This document shows, piece by piece, positions 63,883-64,000 of a DNA stretch of 64,000 nt (positions within the stretch are counted from its first letter, which is position 1; the number at the start of each line of letters is the position of its first letter). A program made the position numbers and the translations under genes. Source of the DNA: Cetorhinus maximus (Eukaryota); contig NC_135884.1 of assembly GCF_964194155.1 (NCBI RefSeq), forward strand, positions 112,654,001 to 112,718,000. The letters run 5' to 3'. Below the pieces are notes generated by a model. That model did not search any database and was not told where the DNA came from. It saw only the letters and a list, made by a program, of their open reading frames with translations.

Positions 63883-64000
63883 CATATGTCCTGAAAAATG
63901 AACCCATACTGCCTATTTTCTTCAACTTTTGAACTTTTTGGTAAACTGTATCATGTTCTGTGTCTCTACATTTCTAATCAAACTCTACCCTCTGGTAGTG

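Overview
Vertebrate genomic DNA, repeat-rich and intron-dominated, most likely from a cartilaginous fish (inferred from the CR1, Deu-domain SINE and Penelope repertoire). It holds two minus-strand genes in the conserved vertebrate order. CNEP1R1 is complete (6 coding exons, 125 aa) and its intron 4 is a U12 minor-spliceosome intron. HEATR3 has coding exons 1-8 here and continues past the left edge. A CpG-island promoter at about 59.6-59.8 kb appears bidirectional and seems to drive an unidentified plus-strand gene. The rest is CR1, L2 and RTE LINE fragments (one near full-length CR1 with an esterase ORF1), SINEs, solo LTRs and two families of Penelope-like elements (PLEs). The most unusual signal is the PLE system: minimal hammerhead-ribozyme motifs in the terminal repeats, many 100-235 bp solo or palindromic terminal-repeat insertions each with its own target-site duplication (TSD), and a PLE nested in reverse inside another PLE in HEATR3 intron 5. 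Exon coordinates were read from splice sites and reading frame; most repeat boundaries without a TSD are approximate.
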